A stretch of 63,875 nucleotides of DNA, filler included, from Olpidium bornovanus S191 (lineage: Eukaryota; Fungi; Olpidiomycota), in assembly GCA_017911155.1 (NCBI GenBank). It is 34 parts of 34 records of this genome, joined end to end, with 100 filler letters (N's around TTAATTAATTAA, not from the genome) between each part and the next. Parts side by side here need not be neighbours in the genome. Positions count along the whole stretch, not along the records: positions 1 to 1,066 come from JAEFCI010009761.1; positions 1,167 to 2,203 come from JAEFCI010012090.1; positions 2,304 to 3,378 come from JAEFCI010004946.1; positions 3,479 to 5,295 come from JAEFCI010002962.1; positions 5,396 to 6,760 come from JAEFCI010002201.1; positions 6,861 to 8,399 come from JAEFCI010012587.1; positions 8,500 to 9,552 come from JAEFCI010010120.1; positions 9,653 to 11,839 come from JAEFCI010000819.1; 26 more parts are not named here. The stretch is one strand, 5' to 3'. The notes under the pieces were generated by a model, which saw nothing but the letters and a program-made list of their open reading frames with translations, did not search any database and was not told the DNA's origin. Shown in pieces: positions 1 to 11,618 of the stretch (the first letter of the stretch is position 1; each line of letters opens with the position of its first letter). The position numbers were made by a program, and so were the translations under genes.

Positions 1-149
1 CAGGATAACGCGTGTCGGCACCATTTCTGCAGGCCCTCCCGGTCGGCAAGCAACACCTCCAATGCCCCCGGCACCGTCACCTTGTCGAGGAGGTTGACCA
101 AGATCTGCCCCGGGGCGCGAAGGCGGAAGTCGGGAAATACGTCAGGCAT
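1..149 (-). CDS. Possible 5' end of an unidentified ORF running off the window start
   Basis: ACCATG context at 147-149 then 49 open codons MPDVFPDFRLRAPGQILVNLLDKVTVPGALEVLLADREGLQKWCRHALS; no family recognised. Confidence 0.25.
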   Translation of the reverse strand, partial: MPDVFPDFRLRAPGQILVNLLDKVTVPGALEVLLADREGLQKWCRHALS

Positions 150-205
150 GGTCGTCCGAGACCGCGCAGATAGAAAAACCCAAAAGGCCGCGGGCGGAAG
201 CTAAT

Positions 206-666
206 GCTGGAAGGACGTCCGACGACCCCCGGATAATGCTGCGAGCTTGGGGCTTCTGCTCCGGTGGCCGACCGTCAGAGACCCGCGCCTGCACGCACCC
301 CGAGAGAGCCGCCGTCGGCCCTCCGTGCCGTCGCTGGGCAGTGGACGCAAGCTTCTGCTGGAAGGACGTCCGACGACCCCCAGATAATGCTGCGGGCTTG
401 GGACCTCTGCTCCGGTGACTAACCGTCAGGGACACGCGCCCGCACGCACCCCGGGAGAGCCGCCTTCGGTCCGCCGAGCATCCACTCCATCCACAGCCTG
501 TGCACACGACCGTGCACACAGCCGCGCCCACAAGAAGCCTCCGCGAGAAGGACGCCCAGCAGCCCCCCGGATAATGCTGTGGGCTTGGGACCTCTGCTCC
601 GGTGGCCAACCGTCAGAGACCCGCGCCCACACGCACCCCGGGAGAGCCACCTTCGGTCTTCCATGC
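206..666. repeat. Three imperfect ~120-bp direct repeats with unique spacers
   Basis: Unit GAAGGACG..GATAATGCTG..CTCTGCTCCGGTG..ACCGTCAG..GCACCCCG.GAGAGCC starts at about 210, 361 and 547; periods 151 and 186 bp. Confidence 0.9.
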
Positions 667-1310
667 TTCCGCTTTGTGTGGCGCTGCGTGCGGCAATGCC
701 CGTGAATTCGTCCAGCCTCTGTCCGCACCTCAAGTTTGACGCGCAGACCACAGCGCGTGTTGTCGGACAGCCATGCTTCAGGGACGTGCCAGTACTCGCG
801 GACGGCCACGATGGCCGCAGCAACAGCGGACGAGAGCGCGGCGGCCACAGAAACGACGGACGAGAGTGCGGCGGCCGCCATCTTTTTTTCCCCTTTCTTT
901 CCTTCCTTTTCTCCCTTTGTTTTGTGTTGGTGTTTCGAGGAGGCGACCGGGGGGGCGGCGGGCAGAGGGGCGGGCGCCTTTTATGCCCGCGAGGGGCGGG
1001 CGCGGGGCGAAGTTTATTTTGCCTTTGCCCGCCGGACGACACCCCCGCCGGATGACACCCCCGCCGNNNNNNNNNNNNNNNNNNNNNNNNNNNNNNNNNN
1101 NNNNNNNNNNTTAATTAATTAANNNNNNNNNNNNNNNNNNNNNNNNNNNNNNNNNNNNNNNNNNNNCCCCGGCCCCCCCCTTCCTCCCCCCCCCCCCCCA
1201 CCCCGGCGGCGAAGTTATTTTTTTGTTCCGCGTCAGTTTTGCCCGCACCTCGCACGAAGCGGGGGGGGTCCCGGCGCGGGAGGGACGGGGGCGCGCGCGT
1301 CCCGGCTCAC

Positions 1311-1720
1311 TTTGTCACGTTCCCGATCGACTTGATCGTGAACTTCCGCTTTCCCAGCGGCTCCTCCAGATCGTAGACGGCGACGGTGCCGTCTCCGCCG
1401 CCGGAGAGCAAACTGTTGCCGCGGCAAGCGTCGGACCGCGACATTTAGACGGAAGATCGGGCAAACAGGCACAGACGGAAACCGGCATCACCAAAAAAAG
1501 GGGGAAACCCCCCCCCCACTGTCGTTGCCGGATGAAGAAGAAAAAAAATAGCCCTCACTATCTGCCGTCGATCCTCTCGCAGTCCAGCGCAGTGACCCCT
1601 CCCCGGTGCCGCCTCTGGACCTCCTTGCCGCGCGACAGTTCGATGTCCCGCGTCCGCCGCGTGCACACCCTGGTGCGGAGCCGCGCGGCGGGCTCGGAGC
1701 CCAGCTCCCGTCCCCCGACG
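1311..1720 (-). CDS. ERCC8: Cockayne syndrome A / Rad28-Ckn1 WD40 protein, N-terminal exons (partial)
   Basis: Exons about 1559-1720 and 1311-1412 splice (GTGAG..CAG) to RELGSEPAARLRTRVCTRRTRDIELSRGKEVQRRHRGGVTALDCERIDGRYLLSGGGDGTVAVYDLE, matching the CSA N-terminus ([25 protein letters not shown]). Start codon not located. Confidence 0.85.
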
Positions 1721-1882
1721 ACGTCGGGGAACGTGCAGGTTCCGCGGTGCCCCGACGTGGTTTTTTCTTTTTTTTTTCCTTTTTTTTTTTTTTTTTTTTT
1801 TTGGTTTTTTCCGCTCTCGGCGTTTACCAGGGCGGGTGCGCCGCGGACCGGCGTCCCTTTCCGTCCGTCCTCTCTCGCCTAA

Positions 1883-1920
1883 TCTTCTTCTTCTTCTTCT
1901 TCTTCTTCTTCTTCTTCTTC
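1883..1920. repeat. (TTC)n microsatellite
   Basis: About 12 perfect TTC units. Confidence 0.9.
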
Positions 1921-2111
1921 CCCCCCGGGGCAGGCGGCGAGGCGCTGTCCCCCCAGGCCGCGAGACGACGACAGGGCGCGCGGCGCGTCTCCCGGCGGAG
2001 GGAGGGAAGCGAGGACGGCGCCTTCCCCGGGAGAAGCGAGGGCGGAGAGCGGCGGTCGCCGCGGAGGGAAAAGGGATCAGGCGGTGGGCGGCGGGCGGTT
2101 GCGCCAAAAGC

Positions 2112-2147
<36 letters not shown>

Positions 2148-2303
2148 GGGAAAAATTTTCCCCCCCCCCCCCCCCCCCCCCCCCGGAATTTTTTTTTGGG
2201 GAGNNNNNNNNNNNNNNNNNNNNNNNNNNNNNNNNNNNNNNNNNNNNTTAATTAATTAANNNNNNNNNNNNNNNNNNNNNNNNNNNNNNNNNNNNNNNNN
2301 NNN

Positions 2304-2366
<63 letters not shown>

Positions 2367-2446
2367 GAAAAGAAGGGGGAAAAGCGCGCGCAACCCCACA
2401 TCGCAAGTGAAAAAGAAAGAAAGAAAAAAAAACGACCAAAAAAAAG

Positions 2447-3288
2447 ATGCCGACGCCAAAGGTGTCGCCGTCCCTCCTCTCGTCGGACTTCGCGAGGTTG
2501 GCCGACGAGTGCAACCGCATGCTGCAATTGGGCGCCGACTGGCTGCACATGGGTACGTGGCGGTGGCGCCCCGTTTTCCTCCTGCTCATCCTGCTGCGTC
2601 TCTCTCTGTGGTGGCTTGCGTTTTCCTTTTTTTTATTTTTATAAACGGGTGGTAATGGGGCGGTGAGATGCCCGCCGGCACCCTCGCGATGCGTCCGCGC
2701 CGGTCACGCCGTACACCGTTCCCTCTGACGCCCCTCCCGTTTCCCGCGCTCAGACGTCATGGACGGGTAAGCGCGGGACAGTTTTTCGTGCGAGCGAAGC
2801 TGCAAGTGGCGCGCGCGGAAAGAACCGTGACCTCCTTTGCCGCTTCGGCCCCCTGTTCTGCTCCTTTCGCCAGGCACTTTGTCCCCAACCTGACCATGGG
2901 CGCGCCGGTAATAGCCGCCTTGCGGAAGCACACAAAGGGGTTCCTCGGTAGGTGCACCCCCCCCCCCGCGCCGCCGTCGGGATCGGGAGGGAAGTGCGAC
3001 GGAAGTAGGAAAAAAAGATGGATTCGCGGGATTTCGCAGCCGACGGTCCCGCCCTTACCCTTGACGTATTCCCCTCGCAGACTGCCACCTGATGGTCTCG
3101 AAACCAGAGCAGGTATGACGTGTCGCAACCTCTTCCCCCACGACCGCAAGCATTTGGTAGGTTGTGGCTCCGTTTGAATTCTTATTTCTTTTATTTTTCT
3201 ATTTTTCCGGTGTGAAATGCTCCGCAGTGGGTTGACGATTTTGCGAAAGCCGGGGCAGACATGTACACCTTCCATATCGAGGCAGCAG
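2447..3288 (+). CDS. RPE1: Ribulose-phosphate 3-epimerase, 5 exons, 3' truncated
   Basis: Exons 2447-2552, 2754-2766, 2874-2947, 3081-3112, 3228-3288 give [52 protein letters not shown]. Confidence 0.97.
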
Positions 3289-3478
3289 GTGGGTCGTGGA
3301 CGCGGGCTTGAATGGAAAGCGGAGGTAAAAAGGGAAAGGTTGCCGCACGGAGCTGAAAGGCGAGGCGGGAAACAGATGNNNNNNNNNNNNNNNNNNNNNN
3401 NNNNNNNNNNNNNNNNNNNNNNTTAATTAATTAANNNNNNNNNNNNNNNNNNNNNNNNNNNNNNNNNNNNNNNNNNNN

Positions 3479-4737
3479 AGCTGGCCAAGTAGCTCTTGGG
3501 TAAGCCGACGCTGGGGGACCAGGACAGGTCCCTGACCCAGTCGGTATGGCCTTCCAGCACGTCGTCCTGCGTCCACTTCTTCGAATCTCCGTTCCATGAC
3601 CAAATCTTCACGGCGTTATCGCAGCCAGCGGACGCCAGGTGGCGCGTTGCCGCGGGCCCGGAGCTGGCCTGCCGCGCCGGAGCCCAGGAAACAGCGTTGC
3701 AGCCGACGGCGTGGGCGTCGAACACCTGCACGTCCCAAGTAGCGTCGTCTGCCACAATAAACGAGCCGACAAGCCGAAGGTCGGCCATAAAGGCATGACC
3801 GTAATCTGTCATTACCCTTGCTCACACTTCTAAGCTCTGAAATTACGAGGGTCGCATCATCGCTCACCTCTATAACTGAGAACAGAAACTTTCCCGTCCG
3901 ACGATCCACAGGCGAGATGTGGCCCAAGCTCATGCGGTGCCCACTGAATTGAGTTCACTAGGAACAGCGGATGGGTGAGCGTGAATTCGAGCGTTTGATG
4001 GCCACCGGGTGCTTTTCTTCACGTCAAACCGACATCGTGCCCGCGAATACGTATAACTGCACCTGAAGCGGTGTGTACGGTGTGCTCCTTGATGTTGACA
4101 AACCTCTCGCCTTCCTGCTTCCAAATTATTACCCGCCCGTCGTAGGAGCACGAGGCAAGGACGGCACCAAATAGTGGGTGCGCCCAGGCAAGCTCCCAGA
4201 CGGGACCATCGTGGCTGCGCCGGAAGGAATAGCCGCGTGCAAGGCGACCAGCAGAGTAAGACAACCAGCGAAAAAGGAGAGAATGCGCACCGAACGTCGC
4301 GGGCGCCTCGGCGTCGGCGCGAATCATCGAGAAACCAACGGTTTTCGCCCCACCCTTTCAGGTGACCTATTTGCGTGAAGCCTTCGTCCTCCATCTCGAA
4401 CACGCGGATCGTCCGGTCGGACGAGCACGTCGCCAGCTTCTTTCCGTAGTAGTCCATCTGGGCGTCATGCTGCGCGAAATACCGTGAGACGAGGTTTCCG
4501 CGCGGCGTGAGCGCCAGCCCCGCCCTCTGTGCCTTCCATTGTCGCGTTGTCACCCGACACAAAGGTCCCTTTTGTCCCCACCAGCATGTCTTCGTGCTCG
4601 GTGTCGAACCGCAGCTTCTGGCTGACCTGGGACCATTACGGCGATCATCAGCCACGGCGTTGTGGGCGTCGGCTGACCGCGCAAGGGGAGCGGCCCGCCG
4701 TGCGAGCCAACCGACGACAGGTTCTTCACCTCACCAT
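3479..4737 (-). CDS. SEC13: COPII/nucleoporin WD40 protein Sec13, multi-exon, 3' truncated
   Basis: ATG-only first exon (4735-4737, GTGAG donor), then [15 protein letters not shown] / [21 protein letters not shown] / [24 protein letters not shown] / [27 protein letters not shown]. Confidence 0.97.
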
Positions 4738-5395
4738 CGTGAAACAGAAGCGGTCGGGTGGGTGTCTGTGGTTGACGCCGGTCGGATACCCGCGGTGTAC
4801 AATGTCTTTTCGGACAGCGTGAGAGGTAGCGGAGCTTTCCAACGACCAGCTCGGCGCAGGCAACAAGACGTTTTGATTACCGGCCAGCGCGGCGTCGACG
4901 GCTGGCTGTTGTTGCGGGGGCGAGGTCCGTTTCGCTCGGAGCCGCCCCTATCAGCGGCCCCTCACCCCCTCCCGCCCGTAATACACAATTGGCGCCCCCC
5001 GTAGATGGAACTTTCAGTCAGATGCTGTCAGAAAGAGTTAAACATGGCCCCCGGGCAGGGCGCCGGGAGTAAAGTGTAAGCGGATGTGCGGCGATGGAAA
5101 GACGCACCTGGTGCCTAGTCTGCCCCAGACACTGTCAGTTGACTTACTTTTAATGTGGGATGTCAATGCAGCGCATTCGTTTATGGACGGAACTCACCAA
5201 ACTTTCCTGCTGAAAAAAATTTCCAATAACAGAAGAGCTGATATTCCGGCCTCCCCCCGTTGAACCCACAGACTGAGGCTGAACAGCTTGGCATGNNNNN
5301 NNNNNNNNNNNNNNNNNNNNNNNNNNNNNNNNNNNNNNNTTAATTAATTAANNNNNNNNNNNNNNNNNNNNNNNNNNNNNNNNNNNNNNNNNNNN

Positions 5396-6593
5396 CATGG
5401 CGCACTCATATTCGAACCGGATGATGTTCGGGATGTGGTACGAGTCACTGCGTCGTCGAATTGTCAGAAGCCCGACCGCGGCCGTTTGAAACAGCCGGAT
5501 TGCAAAAACGAAAAGGGCCTTCCAGCAAATTTCTTTTTCTAATCTTTTTTTTTTTTTTTTTTTGCAAGGCAACGTACTGTATGTAACAGTATCTCGCCAA
5601 GGACGAGCCGAGGAATTTGTGGAACGCCGGTGATTTTCGGATCCGCACGTCGACGAAGAGGTACCATGCGACAGCCAGCGCCGCGCCGAGCGCGCCGCCG
5701 ACCAGGACTTGCTCGGCGGAGTGGTAGCTGAGATAAACCCTGCTCGACCGAGCGGGAAAAAAAAAATAATTGTCGGCCAGGCGTCCGCCCGAAAGGTGGG
5801 AAGGGGGGTAGGGTGCAACGCGGGGGCGGGAGATCAGCTTTTTTTTGTTGTTTCTCGCCCGGAATTTTTTTTTCCTGTCCGGGGTGTGGGGCCGGACCTG
5901 GAATACGCGACCACCACGGCCGACGCGATCAGAGCCGGCCCGATGACGAGTTTCCACACCCGCTGCTGGAACGTCACTCTTTTTTTTTGGAGAGCGATGG
6001 GGAGGAGGAGGAGAAACGTCAGCACAGCCGGAGCTCGGGTCGCACCTCACACCCCCCGGACGACGGTCGCCCGCGGAGTCATCAAAGGATCACCCGCCTT
6101 GTGAACAGGTACAAAGTGGCGTACGTCGCAAAGAAAAACATGAACTGGGAATGGCTCGAAGGCATGCCGTAGCCGCTGCCCAGGTGGTCTGAGAAGCCAA
6201 CGAGACCCGGGGAGGGGGGGGGGAACTGACGTTGGTCAGCGCGGCCCGTTTCGATCGACCCTTCCGCCTTCCAGGTGAAACGGCGGGGGAGGCGGGGGGA
6301 AGCGGGGGGAGGGAAGTTGGGAAGCGTTACACACCCGTCGGCCTCTTCTCCTTCAGCAGCCTCTTGAGCGCGGCGTTGACGAGCTCGCACAGCAGCTGGC
6401 CGGCGAACATGAACAGCACCGAGACCTCCCGCCTGGCGACGAAGAGCGACACGTAGGCGACGATGATCGCCAGCGGGGCCAGCGTCGCGTACGCCAGCTG
6501 CTGCGCCACCGGGTCGCTCGGGTGGAACTGCACGTGCGTGATCGACAGCGACGTGAGCGGCGCCGAAGGCGGGTACGGCTCCTGCCTCAGCAT
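5396..6593 (-). CDS. DOLPP1: Dolichyl pyrophosphate phosphatase (PAP2 family), multi-exon, 3' truncated
   Basis: LTSLSITHVQF..LKRLLKEKRP / GYGMPSSHSQF / YSR-VYLSYHSAEQVLVG motifs of Cax4/Cwh8/DOLPP1. Confidence 0.93.
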
Positions 6594-6620
6594 GTCTTTT
6601 TTTTATAATTTTTTTTTTCT

Positions 6621-6657
<37 letters not shown>

Positions 6658-6673
6658 CCCCCCCCGGGGGTTT

Positions 6674-6760
<87 letters not shown>

Positions 6761-6860
6761 NNNNNNNNNNNNNNNNNNNNNNNNNNNNNNNNNNNNNNNN
6801 NNNNTTAATTAATTAANNNNNNNNNNNNNNNNNNNNNNNNNNNNNNNNNNNNNNNNNNNN

Positions 6861-7372
6861 CATGACACAGTACATCGAGTCACGGCTCTCGGCGAAAGGC
6901 TGCACGTTTACGACCGTGCTGATGAGCGAAATATTCCCGAGCAAGCTCGCCCAGTTCAAGGAAGTTGACGCGTACGTTCGGAACGAAAGCCTCGATGCCC
7001 CGCCCAGAAAGATTGGAATTTTGAGCGTCGGAGCTGAAGCTTTTCTTTTTTTCCTTTCCTGCTCGCTTTAACCCCTTTTTGCACGGCACCCGCTCTCGCG
7101 TGCCCAGCTGGATCCAAATAGCCTGTCCTCGCTTGTCCATAGACTGGGGCTACGCTTTCTCTAAGCCGCTGCTGACCCCGTACGAAGCCTCCGTTGTCCT
7201 GGATGCCACCGAGTGGAGGGAGCGGTACCCGATGGACTTCTACGCGGCGGAGAGCCTGGGACCTTGGACGGCCAATCACGCGAAAGCACGTCGCCCGCAA
7301 CCAAAGGCTGTCGTTGCCCACTCGCACGGCCGAAAAGAAACGACGGCGGCTCCTGCTTTGTCGACGCCGTGA
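6861..7372 (+). CDS. DPH1: Diphthamide biosynthesis protein 1, last two exons
   Basis: [18 protein letters not shown]|[40 protein letters not shown]; stop at 7370-7372. Confidence 0.95.
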
Positions 7373-8018
7373 TGCACGCACTGCAGCCGCCGACCTCTCG
7401 GCCCAATTTCCGGGACCCGCATCCGGATTCCGGGATCTTGTTAAGATACCACAAAAATACCCCCCGCCCCCCCCCCCCCCCACCCCCGCCCCAACCAACC
7501 AATTAACGTAGAAAATGCCGCACTCCCGGTTTCCACGTAGTCCTATTTTGTCAGTTCTTGTAAGCATTTTTTTTCAATAACACCCTAATCTCATCGCAGA
7601 GATTCGGCGAAGTTCTGGGACGCACTTAAATCTCCCTGCGTGAACCTTCGTAACCTCTCCGGGCGGACGCGGCGCGGGATATTGCGTTTATCGCGGTGTG
7701 CGTCGACGGCATGATCGACGGTGCGCTGATTGAAGATCCGGCTCAGGATCGGCGTGGGTGTGGTACAACGAGGCGCTCAACACCGCCTACCCCAACTGCC
7801 CCACTCGGCCGACTGGTTTATACTCGAAGGATCTGAAGACACGACGCATCACTGACCGGAAGCACCTTCTTTTCGAAAGGCGCTTTACGGCCTCTTAACA
7901 GCCAGCACGTTGTCGGAAACCTAGGCCCCGGTCTGTGGATCGCGCGTTATGGGCTTCGGTCGGTTCCCTTGCTGGTGAACCCTCGCCTCCATGTCCCGTG
8001 CCGCCGACGCTGCATGTG

Positions 8019-8137
8019 GCGAGCTGGGTGGGAACCGGCAGCGACAATGACGCCGGCGCATCTAATCCCCGTCGGCGGCACGGGGCGAGCGGGGTGGAAA
8101 CCGGCAGCGACAATGACCCCGGCGCATTTAATCCCCG
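8019..8137. repeat. Two-copy 66-bp-period tandem duplication
   Basis: GCGAGC.GGGTGG.AACCGGCAGCGACAATGAC.CCGGCGCAT.TAATCCCCG at 8019 and 8085. Confidence 0.9.
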
Positions 8138-8614
8138 CTTTGAAAAGCTCTCTTCTGCTTTAGTCGTGTTGACGACCCCGGGATGATGGCCGTACCATCA
8201 CGGGCCCCGATCCATCCGTTCTTTCCCCGCCACCGAGCAGGTCCTAACGCAAAGTTTTCTCTGACTGCGACCGGTGCCCCCCCCCCCCCCCCCCCCCCGC
8301 TTTGAATCGATAAGTGATTATTTGATCCAGGGTGCACGTCGTATCCAGGGGTGGCTCTTGTTCCAGAATCCCCGTCCCATTTTCCGGGAGATCAAGTTCN
8401 NNNNNNNNNNNNNNNNNNNNNNNNNNNNNNNNNNNNNNNNNNNTTAATTAATTAANNNNNNNNNNNNNNNNNNNNNNNNNNNNNNNNNNNNNNNNNNNNG
8501 TTGCACGCGGTTAGCTATGGCCACGTTTGCGTCTCTACTGTTGTTCTTTTGTCTCTCTTTTAGTTTCTTTTGTTTTCTTTTTCTTTCTTTTCCTTGCTCT
8601 CTTCTCTTGCTTAC

Positions 8615-9552
8615 TCATTCCCATAATCGCAACATGTCCCTCGACGACGCGGGGAATGTCGCGAGGGGGCGGGTTGTCGGGCAATTTCTTGAGCGGGCGG
8701 CTGGGCGCCGAACGGAGCCCTTTTGTTTCCCCCCCCCTCTCTCTCGTTGTAAAAACCCCGCCGGGGCGGACACACCCACACAAAAAAAATAATAAACAAA
8801 CGAAGGAAGCTTCGAGCGGGCAGCAAACGTTTGGTCCGGACGCCGTGCGACCGTGACCCTCCAACGACGGAGGGTTGGCGCGCTCCTCGGGTTTGAGAAC
8901 CTTAGCTGGGCGCCCGTACGATTGGAGACTCCTTCGAAGGCCTGCGGAGAGCGAGCGTGCTCGACAGCGGAGAAGTCCCTTGCCGCCCGGCAGCGATAGA
9001 GCCTCAGGCTATCCTCAACAGCAACCTGCGAACTCACGTCGGGTCGAGTTATTACCCGACAACGGCGTTGCCAAAGAACCAAAGGAGGTTATCCTCCAAG
9101 GGCCAGTACACGTCGTACTCCGGTAGTACGAACTCCCCGCCCGAAATTGGGCCGCCGCGCTCCATGCAAAAGCCAAGCACGAGGTGATTGGCTGCCTTGT
9201 CGATGTGCATCCTCGGCTGCGAGATCCAGACAAAAAGAAATAGATAGATATATAGCATTAGTTATATATATTGAACAACGGAGCTCTGATGCCGACTAGC
9301 GGCTACGTCGGCGTCTATGCGGATGCATATGACTCGAGCGCACCCCTCTACCCCAAGAAGGATCACCAAAGCCGTACAACCAAGATCTACCATACCTGGT
9401 AGTTGTACGTGATCCAAATAGGTGGAGGCTCGTCCGGAAACGTCTTATGGAACTCGACGAGCTCCTCCGACAAGGTCGAATCGTATGCCTCAACATACGT
9501 CAGGAACTCCCGCACGAGGCGAGAACCTGCCGAGCAATTCGCGCGCGCAGTA
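8615..9552 (-). pseudogene. TET/JBP-like 2OG-Fe(II) dioxygenase fragment, probably disrupted
   Basis: Exons 9396-9552 and 9216-~9052 splice (GTATGG..TCGCAG) to IWITYNYQPRMHIDKAANHLVLGFCMERGGPISGGEFVLPEYDVYWPLEDNLLWFFGNAVVG* ; HxD and GG.F..PEY motifs present, TAA TAA where the distal His is expected; another frame resumes ITRPD..FEGVSNRTGAQLRF. Confidence 0.55.
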
Positions 9553-9754
9553 NNNNNNNNNNNNNNNNNNNNNNNNNNNNNNNNNNNNNNNNNNNNTTAA
9601 TTAATTAANNNNNNNNNNNNNNNNNNNNNNNNNNNNNNNNNNNNNNNNNNNNCATGCGAAGCGAAGAGGCGTGGTGTTCCGCGACAAGCCTCGCCCCTCT
9701 CCCCCACCGCCCACCAAGCTGAAGCAAGGTTAAAAAAGAAAGGCAACGCAATTT

Positions 9755-11460
9755 TTAAGACCACCAAAACCTCGTAAAAAGAAAAGCTTTGAACGGCGCG
9801 GTCGACGCCGGTGACCGGCGGGTGAAACTGCCTCTTTCGACCCGAGTGTTCACACAGCTTTCCAACGGGAATCCGCGAAAGGCCCAATCTTTTTGCCACC
9901 TTGTGAATGGTCTCCTGCGGCGGGGGTTTTGGCCGCGGGTCGCGTTGCGCGATGCCTCGTGCGGACCGGGAGCGGGAGGCCGCCGCCGCGTGAGGTCGCG
10001 CGCGGCTTCGTTACGTGACCGGGGAGGACAGGGTGGCGTCGGTCGCGGACGTTTTTTTATTGGGTTGTGGGCTTTAAACTTCCTGTAACAAAGGCAACCG
10101 GGGCGCACCTTCGACTTGTGCTGGACTTCGGCGCTGGATCCGTCGCGCACGACTCGCACACGTACCCTCTCGCCCGCAGAATCGGGGGGCATGCGGTCCG
10201 CATCGGGAAACGGAACTGGCGACTAGCATACAACGTATGGGGGGTGGGGAAGTGTTACCAGCTCGCGGCATTCCGGCCCTCTTGAACTGGGATGCAGAAA
10301 TCCCGTGGCCGCAGAGCTCCGCCGCGTTCCGTAATATCCAACGGCCGCATCCGGCTTCCCGGTTCGATACTCGTATGCAGGCGACTTCGGGCGATACTCG
10401 TATGCAGGCGACTTCGGGCGCGCAACGGAACCACTTAGGAAATATGGATGACGGTGGTGCGTATTATTCCTGGTACGAATCACCGTTCCAAACGTTCCAG
10501 CAGGGTGGGCCTGGCAGCACCCCTCGCACGGCAGCCTTTTCAGACGAACACCGCGCCGGGGAGAGGCCCCGGTCGGAGGGTGAACGCGACCTGCAGCATT
10601 GAGTTGCTGAGTTTCTTGATCGACGGATACGTCTTCCTGGGGCCGAGGAGAAGTTGGCGGAGGTGATTGTCCGGCAAGAAATCTTCCTTGACTGGTTGTT
10701 TCACGGGGTTTTGCCCCCCCAAAGAACGCCGGGGCAAACGGAAACTTGGGTCAAAGCATCCCCGTCCGTTTCCCAACTAACCATAGCCCGAACTCCGCAG
10801 CTACCCGGTGCTGAAAAGCCCCGCGCGTTTGAACAAGGGATGTAGACTTTGGTCCACTCACTTTCCGGGAAGTGGCAATGTGGCGTCGGGCTCACCTCTG
10901 GCCTGCCGACGATGACGTGACCGCGGTCCTTATCGAACCCGTCATACCCCACTCGTACGCCCGTGCCGCCGCTGGCCAGATCGACTGTACCCCAACAGCG
11001 TTGGTACAGCCGAAGCAGGTTCCCCTCTTTGATCTCGTCGCGGACCGGCCTGCTACCTGAAGTCCGCCCTTTGCAAACGCCGCGCGCAAAGCCCCCCACC
11101 CCACCCCCCGGAAGATCAAACGGGCAGGGACGACGCAGACGTCAGTTTTCCGAGAAACCGCAAGTTTGCCCGCGGCTTTCTGTCCCGCGGGACCCGGGAA
11201 GTTTTTCGAAACCCGGAGCGCGTTCGGGCGGGCGAAGGGGGGCAAAGCGCCGGGAATCTCGCGGTTCCGCCGCAAGCAACGTCGGTCCACGCGCCCCCGC
11301 CCCCGCCCCGCCGCACCACAACGCGCCGCATCACCGCGCGAGTCAGAAGCGTCTCTCTACCCTCAGCCCGGCGACGCTTCACGAAGTAGAGGGTGTCTTC
11401 CGCGGCACCCTCCGCGGGCGCACCGCCAGGAGGCGCCGCGGCGGGGAGGTGGGGCTCCAT
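9755..11460 (-). CDS. Unidentified multi-exon gene
   Basis: ATG 11458-11460 MEPHLPAAAPPGG..EDTLYFVKRRRAEG, plausible spliced exons SRPVRDEIKEGNLLRLYQRCWGTVDLASGG..FDKDRGHVIVGRPE and VKEDFLPDNHLRQLLLGPRKTYPSIKKLSNSMLQ; downstream exon structure uncertain, family not recognised. Confidence 0.35.
10365..10420. repeat. Perfect 27-bp tandem duplication
   Basis: CGATACTCGTATGCAGGCGACTTCGGG at 10365 and 10392. Confidence 0.95.
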
Positions 11461-11580
11461 CGCCGTCTGTCCACCACCACCACCGCCCGCGGTCGCCGAC
11501 GAAGGCTTTTCTATGGCGCGGGGAAGCGGCTCCTTGCCGGCTGGGGAGGGAAGGCAGGGGGGGGGGGGCGGTTGGAACGC

Positions 11581-11618
11581 AGCCTGAAAAAACAGGAGCC
11601 TGAAAAAACAGGAGCCTG
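11581..11618. repeat. 16-bp tandem repeat, 2.4 copies
   Basis: AGCCTGAAAAAACAGG x2 plus AGCCTG. Confidence 0.9.

Noticed and set aside
206-666. CRISPR array interpretation of repeat-spacer-repeat pattern
   Set aside because: Repeats are about 120 bp and diverged, only three, no cas genes, eukaryotic context.
1111-1122. TTAATTAATTAA recurring every 1-3 kb as a biological repeat or CRISPR-like array
   Set aside because: Always centred in exactly 44+44 N; an artificial six-frame-stop concatenation linker.
6595-6760. Blocks of poly-T, C, G and A (also near 2110-2203, 14780-14890, 20820-21005, 21350-21431, 56720-56817) as G-quadruplex or regulatory DNA
   Set aside because: They cluster at contig edges and look like read-quality collapse after homopolymers; lengths are unreliable.
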